20,271 bases of DNA, taken from the NCBI GenBank assembly GCA_024626585.2, contig JANKJI020000004.1, positions 176,105,234 to 176,125,504 of the forward strand, written 5' to 3'. The notes under the pieces were generated by a model that saw nothing but the letters and a program-made list of their open reading frames with translations, did not search any database and was not told where the DNA came from. Shown here piece after piece: positions 1 to 9,971 of this stretch; positions within the stretch are counted from its first letter, which is position 1, and each line of letters starts with the position of its first letter. The translations under genes were made by a program, and so were the position numbers. Source of the stretch: Ginkgo biloba (taxonomy: Eukaryota > Plantae > Ginkgophyta).

Positions 1-851
1 AGTCTTCCGAAATATCAACAGCGACACAATTTGGCCACTGTTGACTGGCATAGTATTCACACCTTACGACTTCACTTACATCTCATGTCTTTGATGAAAG
101 TAAGCCTCCATCCATCTGTTCTCAACGTTTGTTGTTCCTTTGGATCCAGAAACGGATCAGCTCAAAGGATTATGCCCTTAGGGGCCTATATGGCATTTTT
201 GTGCTTTGTACTTTTTGTCTTTACAAGGGAAGGATTATGCTTCTTTTACTAATTTTACCAAACATTCATTTTGCAAAAGTTTATGATGTATTGCTGTTTT
301 ATTTTGAATACTCAAATTTGCTCTCAATCTAAAAACAGAAAACAAAAAACAATGCACAATGATATATACAACTCACTAACCCCATAAACCATATCAAGTA
401 TGCGATACACAGTAAAGCTACCTCGATAACATGACCATAAAATGAAGATTTAAAACACTAAGCTAATATGGCAATATTTCAAATAAATGTCTCCGATAAC
501 AGTCCTTACACCTTTACATCATCCATGGCCTTTTCACTAACATTTAATTCTCTGTCAACATATATTACATGTCTTCTTTTCAACTATGATCAATTTCAAT
601 ATCGATTTTGAATTTTAACACACGGAATAAATGACAACCCTCAACCCTTTCATATTTCTAGTCAACCACATAACCACACATTAACCTTCAGATTTTCAAT
701 GGACGAGATCATTCGAAGAAATTGCCGGGGTGACCATCCATCCATTTGGGGCTTGAGATTCAGTTTCATTCATCTCTTTTAAAACAGGATACAGTGAAGA
801 GTACACCTGTTTTATGGAGGCTGTAAATTTTAGTTCCACTCATAAGCATTT

Positions 852-1019
852 TTATTCATCTCCATTTCCCTCATCTTCTGCTTCATTGGACTGTCTCACT
901 TCCTTGTCATCTAGTGGCGACAGCTCCTCTAGTTGAACTCTTAGCTGAGACACTTCATCGGTGGCAGCTTTAAGGTCAACTTCAGTGATCGTCTTGGCCA
1001 TTTCTGCATCAGCAAGAGC
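852..1019 (-). CDS. Terminal coding exon: coiled-coil plus acidic tail and TAA stop
   Basis: Acceptor gtattttag|GCT; 55 codons plus TAA at 852-854; heptad-like L/V/A spacing, then D/E-rich tail. Confidence 0.85.
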   Translation of the reverse strand, partial: ALADAEMAKTITEVDLKAATDEVSQLRVQLEELSPLDDKEVRQSNEAEDEGNGDE

Positions 1020-1962
1020 CTAAAATACACATCCCCCAAGTAATAAAAAGATTATGACCAGCATATCACATGTGATACACAATAGAGTCCACACAAATGC
1101 TAATGGTTTTCTGAGCGCATTTTCTATTATGTAGTTAATCCAGACAAAAGATTTGGATACTCTGTCTGGTTATGAGTTTGATTTGTTCTAAGAGGCCAGG
1201 ATGATGCATCACTAACCTTCGCAGCAGCTTCATATCTGGCTTTGTGGTTTTTAAGCACAATACTTGCAGATATAGCTTCTTTCACATAAATAAGCCACTG
1301 CTTTCCAAGCTGCAAAACCATCTTTCTCAGGCATTGGAATTTGAGAAAAAGGAAACTTCGTTCAACAGAAAATTTCAGAAGTAAATGCCTTTGGATTTAT
1401 GATATCAACAGAAACATCTCAATCAACTTACATAACCAATAGGGGATTCAGTGGAAAGCATGTCATCTGTAATTCCCTGCAATGTAGAGTGATCAATTGA
1501 TTAGTTTATTTGGTACGCAGACCATTTTGATTGAAACAGTCAGTAGGCATTTTACATTTCTACCTTCCAAGCTGAAAAATAAATCATGCAACCCACTTCA
1601 GGACACGAATCGAATAAAACAAAGATATAACAGCTTCAGTTGAAAACGTAATAACAAAAGACAAATAATTTAAGGCTGTGCAAGAAAAGAAGAAAAAATA
1701 ACTTATTTTCATTATTACATACATCAAGGCAGATGTCACAATAGCTCCACTTTGTGAAATCTTCCTGCTTCTCCACATCATAAGTTGTTAGTGCCTGGTA
1801 CATTCATGTGGTTAAGTTGGCTACTGTACACGACTATCTCTGTAGCTACAAACAAAAAATGATGTTGGTACTTACAGAGTAAAATCTGTCTTGAATGATC
1901 TTTCGCATCTGTATCCAGTCATCGATAATGGCCTGTTCATAACCAAGTATATGCAGAACTGC
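852..1962 (-). CDS. 3' portion (5 exons) of a spliced gene encoding a dynein-stalk MTBD-like/coiled-coil protein; 5' exons lie upstream or in the N gap
   Basis: Exons 1876-1962, 1723-1794, 1432-1476, 1217-1309 and 852-1019 all have pyrimidine-rich AG acceptors and lengths divisible by 3. The four donors are gtaagt, gtatgt, gtaagt and gttagt. They splice into AVLHILGYEQAIIDDWIQMRKIIQDRFYS-ALTTYDVEKQEDFTKWSYCDICLD-GITDDMLSTESPIGY-LGKQWLIYVKEAISASIVLKNHKARYEAAAK-ALADAEMAKTITEVDLKAATDEVSQLRVQLEELSPLDDKEVRQSNEAEDEGNGDE*. The exon structure is well supported; the domain call is less certain. Confidence 0.85.
1217..1309 (-). CDS. Internal exon LGKQWLIYVKEAISASIVLKNHKARYEAAAK
   Basis: Acceptor ttttgcag|CTT, donor AAG|gttagt, 93 nt; lies inside ORF-track ORF 1127..1321. 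Confidence 0.85.
1432..1476 (-). CDS. Internal exon GITDDMLSTESPIGY
   Basis: Acceptor cattgcag|GGA, donor TAT|gtaagt, 45 nt, phase 0/0. Confidence 0.8.
1723..1794 (-). CDS. Internal exon ALTTYDVEKQEDFTKWSYCDICLD
   Basis: Acceptor taccag|GCA, donor GAT|gtatgt, 72 nt, 81-nt upstream intron. Confidence 0.8.
1876..1962 (-). CDS. Internal exon AVLHILGYEQAIIDDWIQMRKIIQDRFYS
   Basis: Acceptor ttatgcag|GCA (alternative AG 4 nt downstream), donor TCT|gtaagt, 87 nt open. Confidence 0.85.
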
Positions 1963-3388
1963 CTGCATAATTAAGTTCTATTAACTCAGTCTCTTGCATG
2001 GGTGCTTCCAAAACATACTAGCATAGAGAAGAACACATTGTAACTACCTGTGGGGTATGTCCAATGGAAGGCCAAGAAAGCCGTTGATGGAGGATCCTAG
2101 AAAGAAGAAAGGCAGCTCCCAAGAAAGGAAGAATTGGTGGGGCTTACAATACATACTGTTGAAACAATTGAATCCAGGTTGAGGTAGAAACATGACATGT
2201 GGCAGCTTCACAGGGCATAATTTCTGAATAAAACAAGCGTCCATAGNNNNNNNNNNNNNNNNNNNNNNNNNNNNNNNNNNNNNNNNNNNNNNNNNNNNNN
2301 NNNNNNNNNNNNNNNNNNNNNNNNNNNNNNNNNNNNNNNNNNNNNNNNNNNNNNNNNNNNNNNNNNNNNNNNNNNNNNNNNNNNNNNNNNNNNNNNNNNN
2401 NNNNNNNNNNNNNNNNNNNNNNNNNNNNNNNNNNNNNNNNNNNNNNNNNNNNNNNNNNNNNNNNNNNNNNNNNNNNNNNNNNNNNNNNNNNNNNNNNNNN
2501 NNNNNNNNNNNNNNNNNNNNNNNNNNNNNNNNNNNNNNNNNNNNNNNNNNNNNNNNNNNNNNNNNNNNNNNNNNNNNNNNNNNNNNNNNNNNNNNNNNNN
2601 NNNNNNNNNNNNNNNNNNNNNNNNNNNNNNNNNNNNNNNNNNNNNNNNNNNNNNNNNNNNNNNNNNNNNNNNNNNNNNNNNNNNNNNNNNNNNNNNNNNN
2701 NNNNNNNNNNNNNNNNNNNNNNNNNNNNNNNNNNNNNNNNNNNNNNNNNNNNNNNNNNNNNNNNNNNNNNNNNNNNNNNNNNNNNNNNNNNNNNNNNNNN
2801 NNNNNNNNNNNNNNNNNNNNNNNNNNNNNNNNNNNNNNTGTGTGTATGTTACATTAAGGTTTAAATCCTAGTGAGTAATGGCAATGTATAGTTATTAAAC
2901 TGTTTAAAAGGTACAGTATGAATAGAGGGTTGATATCTCTTTAGGACCTCTGTTTCCCCCTTCAAGCTGGAAACTTGTGTTATTATTTTGCAAGTTCCCA
3001 AAATTGTATATTAAACCTTGGACTGGTTTCCAGCATGCCGCCCTTCTGATTTTTCATGTGTACAGAAAATGTGCAGACTATTAGGAACATTCCCAGATTG
3101 TCTGTTGTTGTTAGCGTATTGCACGTAGAAAGCAACCAAGATCTTAAGAGGCTTCTTGACATGATGTCCATCAAATATCAATTACATTTGTTAGAAATGT
3201 AGCTTGCTTGACTAAATTATAACAGCCTGTGTTTAGAAAAATATTGGCATGCTTGATGTGAATCTATTTTTACGTACCAGGATTTGAAGGATTTGTCTAT
3301 AATGTATGTGTCTTGCAGAGACCACTTGTGAAAGATNNNNNNNNNNNNNNNNNNNNNNNNNNNNNNNTTTTTGATGGTCTTACACAAG

Positions 3389-3530
3389 TAGATTGGGTGC
3401 ATATGATCAAGACATTATGATATGTACCTCTGTACTTGATGGATTGAATCTTAAATAAGTAGACTGGATGCATATAATTAAGACATTACGATATGTACCT
3501 GTATACTTGATGGATTGAATCTTAAATAAG
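3389..3530. repeat. Tandem duplication, 2 x 71 bp
   Basis: 3389-3459 vs 3460-3530: 7 mismatches by eye, no indels. Confidence 0.9.
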
Positions 3531-4052
3531 AATTAGGTAATGTGATGCTATGGATAGCAGTCTAAAATTATGTCTACAGATTTGAGACCATGTAGAGTAC
3601 CAATAGCACTTTGGGTGAGTAAATTCTAGGCACATGTAAGACCAAAAAACTTTCAAGCAAGCCAATGTTTATGAATAAGGCAGAGTAAACTATCTAGCAT
3701 GCAGAAGGCCACTCATTGGGATATCTCATGCAAACTGTCAGAATCTGTCTGCCTGGAAATTATATTGAAAGTCATGCCACTTTTGAAGTGGAACTTGTAA
3801 TTTCAAATTTTTTTCTTAATGCATGTGGAATTGTAATGCATTAACAATTCCTCAAGCGGGTACACTGGCAAGATGTTGGAATAGCACCCCACAGATTCAG
3901 AGGTCAAAACTAGAGAGGAATGGAATTTTCAAGTAATTTCTGGACAGTTCCATACTGCCAGAAATTTACACCAGAAAATTTCTTCGCTGGAAAAATGCCT
4001 CGGAAGAAGTGTGCATATTATTCACCTGCATCCAAGATGGTTCAAACCTGAA

Positions 4053-4307
4053 TAAGGCCACCTGTCCTTAGGGAGAAACAGTGCTTATGAATATAATACC
4101 AAAAGTCTTTCAGGTGAGGCAAGGCTAACTACACAAGGCAAAAACACTTTTGAGTGAGGCAGTGTTTATGCACATGGGGCCTGTAGTCCTAGGCAAGGCA
4201 ACACTACATATATCTAAGGCCAAAAGACCTTCGGGCAAATCACTTTCATGCATGTAAGGCCAACAGTGCTTTGTGTGATGCACTGTATATGGTAAAAGCA
4301 AAAAGCC
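4053..4307. repeat. Degenerate ~40-41 bp tandem array, about 6 units
   Basis: Units begin taaggcc/taatacc/caaggca/tggggcc/taaggcc/taaggcc at about 4053, 4094, 4134, 4175, 4215 and 4255. Loose consensus taaggccaaaagtc(t)ttgggtgaggcagtgcttatgcat. Confidence 0.65.
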
Positions 4308-6228
4308 TAGTTACCGCAGGCTTGGGCGCACACTCCCCATTCTGGCAGAGTGTCTTGCATCAGAAAGCACTCTGGTCACCTCAATGCTTTTATACATTTT
4401 TTCCGTGGATACTAACGGATTCATTGGGTTGATGACATGAGGGCAGTTGAATGATGCTGACGGTTCTTGGTTGACAGAAATTGGGGGGCTATCATATGCA
4501 GTGTGTCAAAGCTATGCCCTATTTTGAACCGATGTATGGATTAAGAAGTTATCTATTAGACTAATATCATGTTAGTAATGGTCAATTAGATATTAGACTT
4601 AGGTAATAATAAAGTCATGTTGNNNNNNNNNNNNNNNNNNNNNNNNNNNNNNNNNNNNNNNNNNNNNNNNNNNNNNNNNNNNNNNNNNNNNNNNNNNNNN
4701 NNNNNNNNNNNNNNNNNNNNNNNNNNNNNNNNNNNNNNNNNNNNNNNNNNNNNNNNNNNNNNNNNNNNNNNNNNNNNNNNNNNNNNNNNNNNNNNNNNNN
4801 NNNNNNNNNNNNNNNNNNNNNTTTCTAATACAAGCCCCTACTGTCTTGGGGTAGACACTCGCACTACAATTATCACTCAAAATATATGTTAGGGTTAGGA
4901 GGAGTAAGTACCTTTGCATACCTTAAGGATGGCAACACTGCTTACACGTTTCGAGTTTTCATGCTTATTGCACAACTCCCTATTCACCCTTGTAGAATCT
5001 ATGTATACATGGTCCTCAGACAATTTTCTTGAGTAAGCAAACGCTTTAGGACTCTTGATTGCTTGAGCTAAGGCATAGGGCTAACCCTGTCTCCTTTTTT
5101 AAGACTTATATGCTAAATGATTGCCCCACTGCATTTGAGAATTCCACCCCCTTACAGTGTCTTGCATCATCCTCTATACAAGCCTGATGGTCAATTATCT
5201 ATACAAGCCTCTGTGGTGGCAACTCCTATGCAAGCTTTACCTGCCAAATTATCTCCACCGCCTACCTATGCCTTATGTGGTGGCAATGCCTCCTACGGCC
5301 TTACATGCCAATGAAGCTAGTTTATTCAGCCAAGGTCAATCCAGATAGCTGCCATACCCACAGGGTTCAGTTTTCATAATAATACACATACAATCGGGAG
5401 ATGTCTTCTTCTAACCTTGTTCATCTTCCGTTCCAACTTACATTATTGAGGCAATTTATAATAAGTACACATGCAATGCTCCTACATTTTGCAACAGTAT
5501 ATGAACTCATGACCGATTGCATTCATCAAATCAACACTTCTAAAGCACATATATCACAATAGCATGCACAACATTTACTACACTTCATAATATGCATAAA
5601 CAAAGAAGCAGACAAGGGTGTAGAGAATGCAAACCAATCTGATCTCCATTTACTGCAGACTATACTTTCTACCCAGAATGTCCTATTGTTTTACTTGAAG
5701 ACCGTATTGCCACGTAAATGCACATGTGTTTTCATAAATAGGTCTATGTACAGTTGCACTCTTACCTAATGCTGGGATTTTTCTCACATTTAGACATGTT
5801 AACATCAAATGCCAATTTTATTCCTGTTGTTGTGGATGTTATACACCCCTCTATGGTTCTATGCTTGGCTGTACATGTCATAAATGCACTTGTGCCACCA
5901 TTGATTGCTCCATAATTGCAAGTAATTAGGATTCCATCAAATCATTCTTGCATTTAATGTATTTTAAGGTCCGTAAATCCCAGTCATTTTCCTTCATAAA
6001 TGCAATCAACACCCTTTAACTTCCATACTTCCCTTCCATCTTAACACATAAATTCAGCATTCTTGTACATGTAATAAATCTTGAAAGTGCCAGAAAAATT
6101 TATAAAAGACAAATTTTGATTTTCGCTTTGGAATTTGGTCTATAAGCAAACTTCCTCATTCTACAATTTTGGTTTGTTCTCATGAGTCCTACTCCCATTT
6201 GCAATAGAATGATAATGATCATGCATGT

Positions 6229-6372
6229 GGAAGTTGAATGATCACTCGATGTTGAAAGGTCATTGGAAATTCAACAATCATAAGAATTTTAATAGTCATT
6301 GGATGTTGAAAGGCGGTCGGAAACTGAAAAAGTATCAGATTTTGAATGGTTACTAGAAGTTGGACAGTCACC
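6229..6372. repeat. Degenerate 18-bp tandem array, 8 units, running into an N gap
   Basis: ggaagttgaatgatcact/cgatgttgaaaggtcatt/ggaaattcaacaatcata/agaattttaatagtcatt/ggatgttgaaaggcggtc/ggaaactgaaaaagtatc/agattttgaatggttact/agaagttggacagtcacc; exact 18-nt period. Confidence 0.8.
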
Positions 6373-6849
6373 NNNNNNNNNNNNNNNNNNNNNNNNNNNN
6401 NNNNNNNNNNNNNNNNNNNNNNNNNNNNNNNNNNNNNNNNNNNNNNNNNNNNNNNNNNNNNNNNNNNNNNNNTACATGTTTGGGCTTGGATCCACCCCAG
6501 GCTCTTCCTCCATGGAGACCATGTTCCCCATAGAAGGAAGGGGCGACCATTCTTCCTTGGGTTTATGCATGCTGGAAATCCCAGTACCCGTGAACTTAGT
6601 GTTTAGTGACTAGACCACGGCTCGCACAGAGCCATCACTCTCTGAGCAATTGAGGGGAATGAACTCCGCAGGAGAGCGGTCCCATGAGTGGCTCCTTCTT
6701 CGATAGACACTATCCACCCTTGAGCACCCTCTCTCACCAACCTGTCCTCGTGAGCTTGTACCAAAGCCTAACTCGACTTCCTTGCGTGCCCGAACCTATT
6801 CCTCATTGTCCGAATCTGCCTCTGCCTATGCGCTTTCCCTGTCAGAGCC

Positions 6850-7290
6850 TCCTTGAGTACACTCCCTGCATGCCCAACCTACGCATCCTCCTTCCTCGTG
6901 AGTCTTCCCCGCACACCCTCCCTGCGGGCACCCTACACACCCTCTCCTTCACCACCTGCTGCACCTCCTTCTCCCCCACCATCCCGCACACCTCCTCTCG
7001 CGCCACTCCATGCACCACCTCCTGCATCTGCTCCCACCCCTGCGCTTCCTACACCTCCCACGATCTCCCCAACTCCTCCCACTCCCTTCCTCCCCGCGCA
7101 ACCTCCTCCCCTACCTAACAACCTATTGCTCCCTCCTCCCTGCTTAATCCCCACCATTCTGCTCTCACATTGTCCCATTCTTAGATTCTCAAGGAACATA
7201 GTTCTATTAATCTTGGAGAAGTACATGATTCTACTAATGCTGACAATTGCAAACTTCTTAAAGAGATTAGGTGTTCATACTAGTTTCTAT
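6850..7290 (+). other. C-rich low-complexity (Pro/Ala/Ser-coding) segment, possibly the N-terminal part of a decayed LINE ORF1
   Basis: Strong C skew and Pro-rich translation (PSPSPPAAPPSPPP). It lies just upstream of, and on the same strand as, the DUF4283 remnants. No recognisable domain. Confidence 0.3.
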
Positions 7291-7599
7291 TCTTATATTG
7301 GACAAGTTTTGGAGGCAATTTAGTGATAAACTACAGAGGATGAAGTCATTAGTTATTAGCACAATGGTTAAGGGGCGAAGGGATCGAGGAAGGAGAGATC
7401 TATTCCTTCATTGCTGACCTTCGCCCACCTGAAGCATGCATGCCAGATTTATTACCACACTTAGTGGACTTTAATTGAGGAATGAATGGCGGAAGGGATG
7501 AGTTTTGATCTTGTAAGTGAACAGAAAAGATGAAAATTTGTCCTAGATCATTTCCTAGGCCTTAACCTTTAAATTCCTAGTCTGCCTAATTCTTTGGAC

Positions 7600-8187
7600 A
7601 TGGAAGTGGAAAAGAAATCTTGGGCTAAGATTGTGAAAGAGAGGAGAGGGATGATGATGAGAGGGAGATGTCACTAAGGATAGGGGAGAAACTTTAGGGG
7701 CAATAAGAGGAGAATACCTTACTGGTTGTAGGTAAATCCAATAAGATGATAGAATAAGATAAAATCTAGTTAATGCTAAAATTAATTCTTTTCTAATGCA
7801 TTCTCTATTTGGAATCTATGTGCGAAGATTTCCATCCCTAAAGTTTCTTGAAGAATGGATGGATTTACAATGGGAAAAAAATAATATAAAAGTCATTCTC
7901 TAAGATATATGACATAAGAATTGTATGTTCAATTTTGGTATTGAACCATGTAATAAGGAAACATGGAAGAAATTATTTTGTTATGCATCCATGGTCTCTA
8001 GACTTCTCTTTTTAAGAAATAAAGAAAATTCTTTACCCTTTGCATGCAACACTTTTGAAGTTTTTTAAGAATAGGTAAATGTATTGTCATGGAAAAGGAA
8101 ACTTATTTTACCCCAACAACAAATAGGAAAGTTTTCATCTATGTGGATATAAATGCAGAATTACTAAAAATACTAGATATAAAATAG
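7600..8187 (+). mobile_element. L1-clade LINE ORF1 remnant (DUF4283-like), copy 1
   Basis: MEVEKKSWAKIVK; HSLFGIYVRRFPSLKFLEEWMDLQW; GRNYFVMHPWSLDFS; RIGKCIVMEKETYFTPTTNRKVFIYVDINAELLKILDI. These follow the plant L1 ORF1 motif order, broken by stops and frameshifts. Confidence 0.8.
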
Positions 8188-8287
8188 NNNNNNNNNNNNN
8201 NNNNNNNNNNNNNNNNNNNNNNNNNNNNNNNNNNNNNNNNNNNNNNNNNNNNNNNNNNNNNNNNNNNNNNNNNNNNNNNNNNNNNNN

Positions 8288-8890
8288 TGAAAGGAAATGA
8301 GGACGACGATGAGCAAGAGAGGTTACAAAGGATGGGGGAAAAACTTCAAGGGTAGAAGACCCTATTGATTGTAGGTAAATCCAACAAACTGATAGAGTTA
8401 GATAAAAATTTAGTTGATGTTGAAATTGATTCTTTAAAAGATAGGCCCTGTTTGGAATTTGTGTGGAAGACTTCTAACCTTAAATTTTCTTGAAGAATGG
8501 ATGGATATACAATGGAAAACAAATAATATAAAGGTTTCTTTTGTGATATACATGATGCAAGGAGTGTCTTTGTTTAATTTGAAAATGAATTAAGCAAAAA
8601 TAGGGTTTTGGGTTAAGTAACGTGGCAATGTTAAGGAAATCTTTTTTCTAGGCAACCGTGGTCTCCAGATCTCTCTATCCAAGAAAGATACTTTGCCTTG
8701 TGTGGGTAGAAATAGAAGGGTTGTATGAAACACTTATGAAATTTCTAATAGCCATTGTTTCGAGAATAGGTAAATACATCGCAATGGAAAAAGAGACCTA
8801 TTTTTCCCCAAGAGGCAACAAAAAAGTCTACGNNNNNNNNNNAAGAATTACGCTAAACTATAGATATGAAAATAGGAAATAGATTAAAAC
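8288..8890 (+). mobile_element. L1-clade LINE ORF1 remnant (DUF4283-like), copy 2
   Basis: FLEEWMDIQW; QPWSPD; VWVEIEGLYETLMKFLIAIVSRIGKYIAMEKETYFSP. Aligns at nucleotide level with copy 1 (e.g. ttgtaggtaaatccaa, tttcttgaagaatggatggat). Confidence 0.8.
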
Positions 8891-9921
8891 TATAAAGTGT
8901 CCTATTATGGCTTCCCTAATTATGAGTACAATCTAAACTTCAGGTTATTTGTTTATCGCCATTATGCAAGCTGATTATGAGAGCTTAAGTGATTCAAAAG
9001 CTTTGTATAATAGGATTTCAAACTCTATTGGTGGATCAAAGAAGATATACTTCCACAAGATGGATAAATTATCTAATCTTAGCAAAAAGTCTAAGTTAAA
9101 ACCTTAGCGCCACATGTTATAAGTCGAAGGCTATTGTAAAAAATACAAGACTCTGAAAAGCGAAAAAAGGCCCCGACATAATAAAGGACTTTGATGAATG
9201 GACGAAGTTCATCTATCATGATCAATGGTGTGGGATGAATTGTAAAGTCATACCATATTGTAGAAATACAAAATGCTTGGACATAACAAATGGCTTCGGC
9301 AGATCAATGATTGAGATTGACTCCGATAGGTCAACGATGCAAATTGAAGTGTAATGGCACAACAAATTCTAGAAATGACAAAAGGCCCCAAAATTGACAA
9401 ACAGCTCCAACGAGTGAGAACANNNNNNNNNNNNNNNNNNNNNNNNNNNNNNNNCCAATGATGTGACAGGGCATCTAAGAGCTACAAACATGCCAAGTCA
9501 ACTACCACATTAGCTCCTCTCCCATGTTGTTAACCTCCATGTCATTCAATTTTGAGGAAGAATGTGAAACAAAAAATTTTGCAAATTTTCTCACAGTTGT
9601 AGCTAGATGTACTATAAGAGATCACGAGATCTTAGGAGGGGTTATTTTCTATTCTTTTTGGTTACTAGTANNNNNNNNNNNNNNNNNNNNNNNNNNNNNN
9701 TTCAAAGATTGAAGACAGTTCCCCCATTTCTACCTTCTTCTTCAATATTTAAGCTTAAGATTTTGTTCCACAAATTGTAAGCTATTCCTCGTGTGAGGCA
9801 TTAGTTTTGTGAACTCTAATAACCAATCCTGTTTTCAGGGATTTCAATCTCTCTAAAGTTGTGACCCTTAGGCTTGTTGTAATGCTCTATAGAGCATGTC
9901 ATTTTCTTTCTTTAATAAAAG

Positions 9922-9923
<2 letters not shown>

Positions 9924-9956
<33 letters not shown>

Positions 9957-9971
9957 GCGAGAGAGAGAGAA
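9924..9971. repeat. Compound microsatellite (AT)n then (GA)n, running into a gap
   Basis: (AT)n at 9924-9952 and (GA)n at 9959-9971. Confidence 0.95.

Noticed and set aside
1-350. Plus-strand ORFs 31..252 and 129..332, a gtaagc donor-like site at 100 and an A-rich tract at 330-350
   Set aside because: No recognisable protein motif. It could be a LINE 3' end with a decayed poly-A tail, but that cannot be supported.
2055-2110. Plus-strand GRPRKPLMEDPRK, resembling an AT-hook or the C-terminus of an RTE LINE
   Set aside because: Too short, with no adjacent RT motifs; it also overlaps the candidate minus-strand exon.
3090-3200. ESNQDLKRLLDMMS, reminiscent of the segment after FADD in LINE RT
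   Set aside because: The catalytic ADD motif is absent and the flanks do not match.
4053-4307. CRISPR-like interpretation of the periodic arrays
   Set aside because: Eukaryotic context, no conserved repeat/unique spacer alternation and no cas genes.
4599-4919. ORFs spanning N runs (also near 6300, 9900, 11400, 12670, 15250, 17000 and 18330)
   Set aside because: Artefacts of translating through assembly gaps.
5117-5348. Short Pro-rich ORFs with local repeats (ctatacaagcct x2, tgtggtggcaa x2)
   Set aside because: Short and low complexity, with no domain or splice support.
6684-7323. Four overlapping ORFs, including an extensin-like Pro-rich frame and a Gly-rich antisense frame
   Set aside because: Stop codons are rare because of the C-rich composition. 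There is no signal peptide or regular SP4 repeats.
9455-9895. Possible solo-LTR-like segment with a TATA-like tataag
   Set aside because: No TG...CA boundaries, partner LTR, PBS or PPT could be placed.
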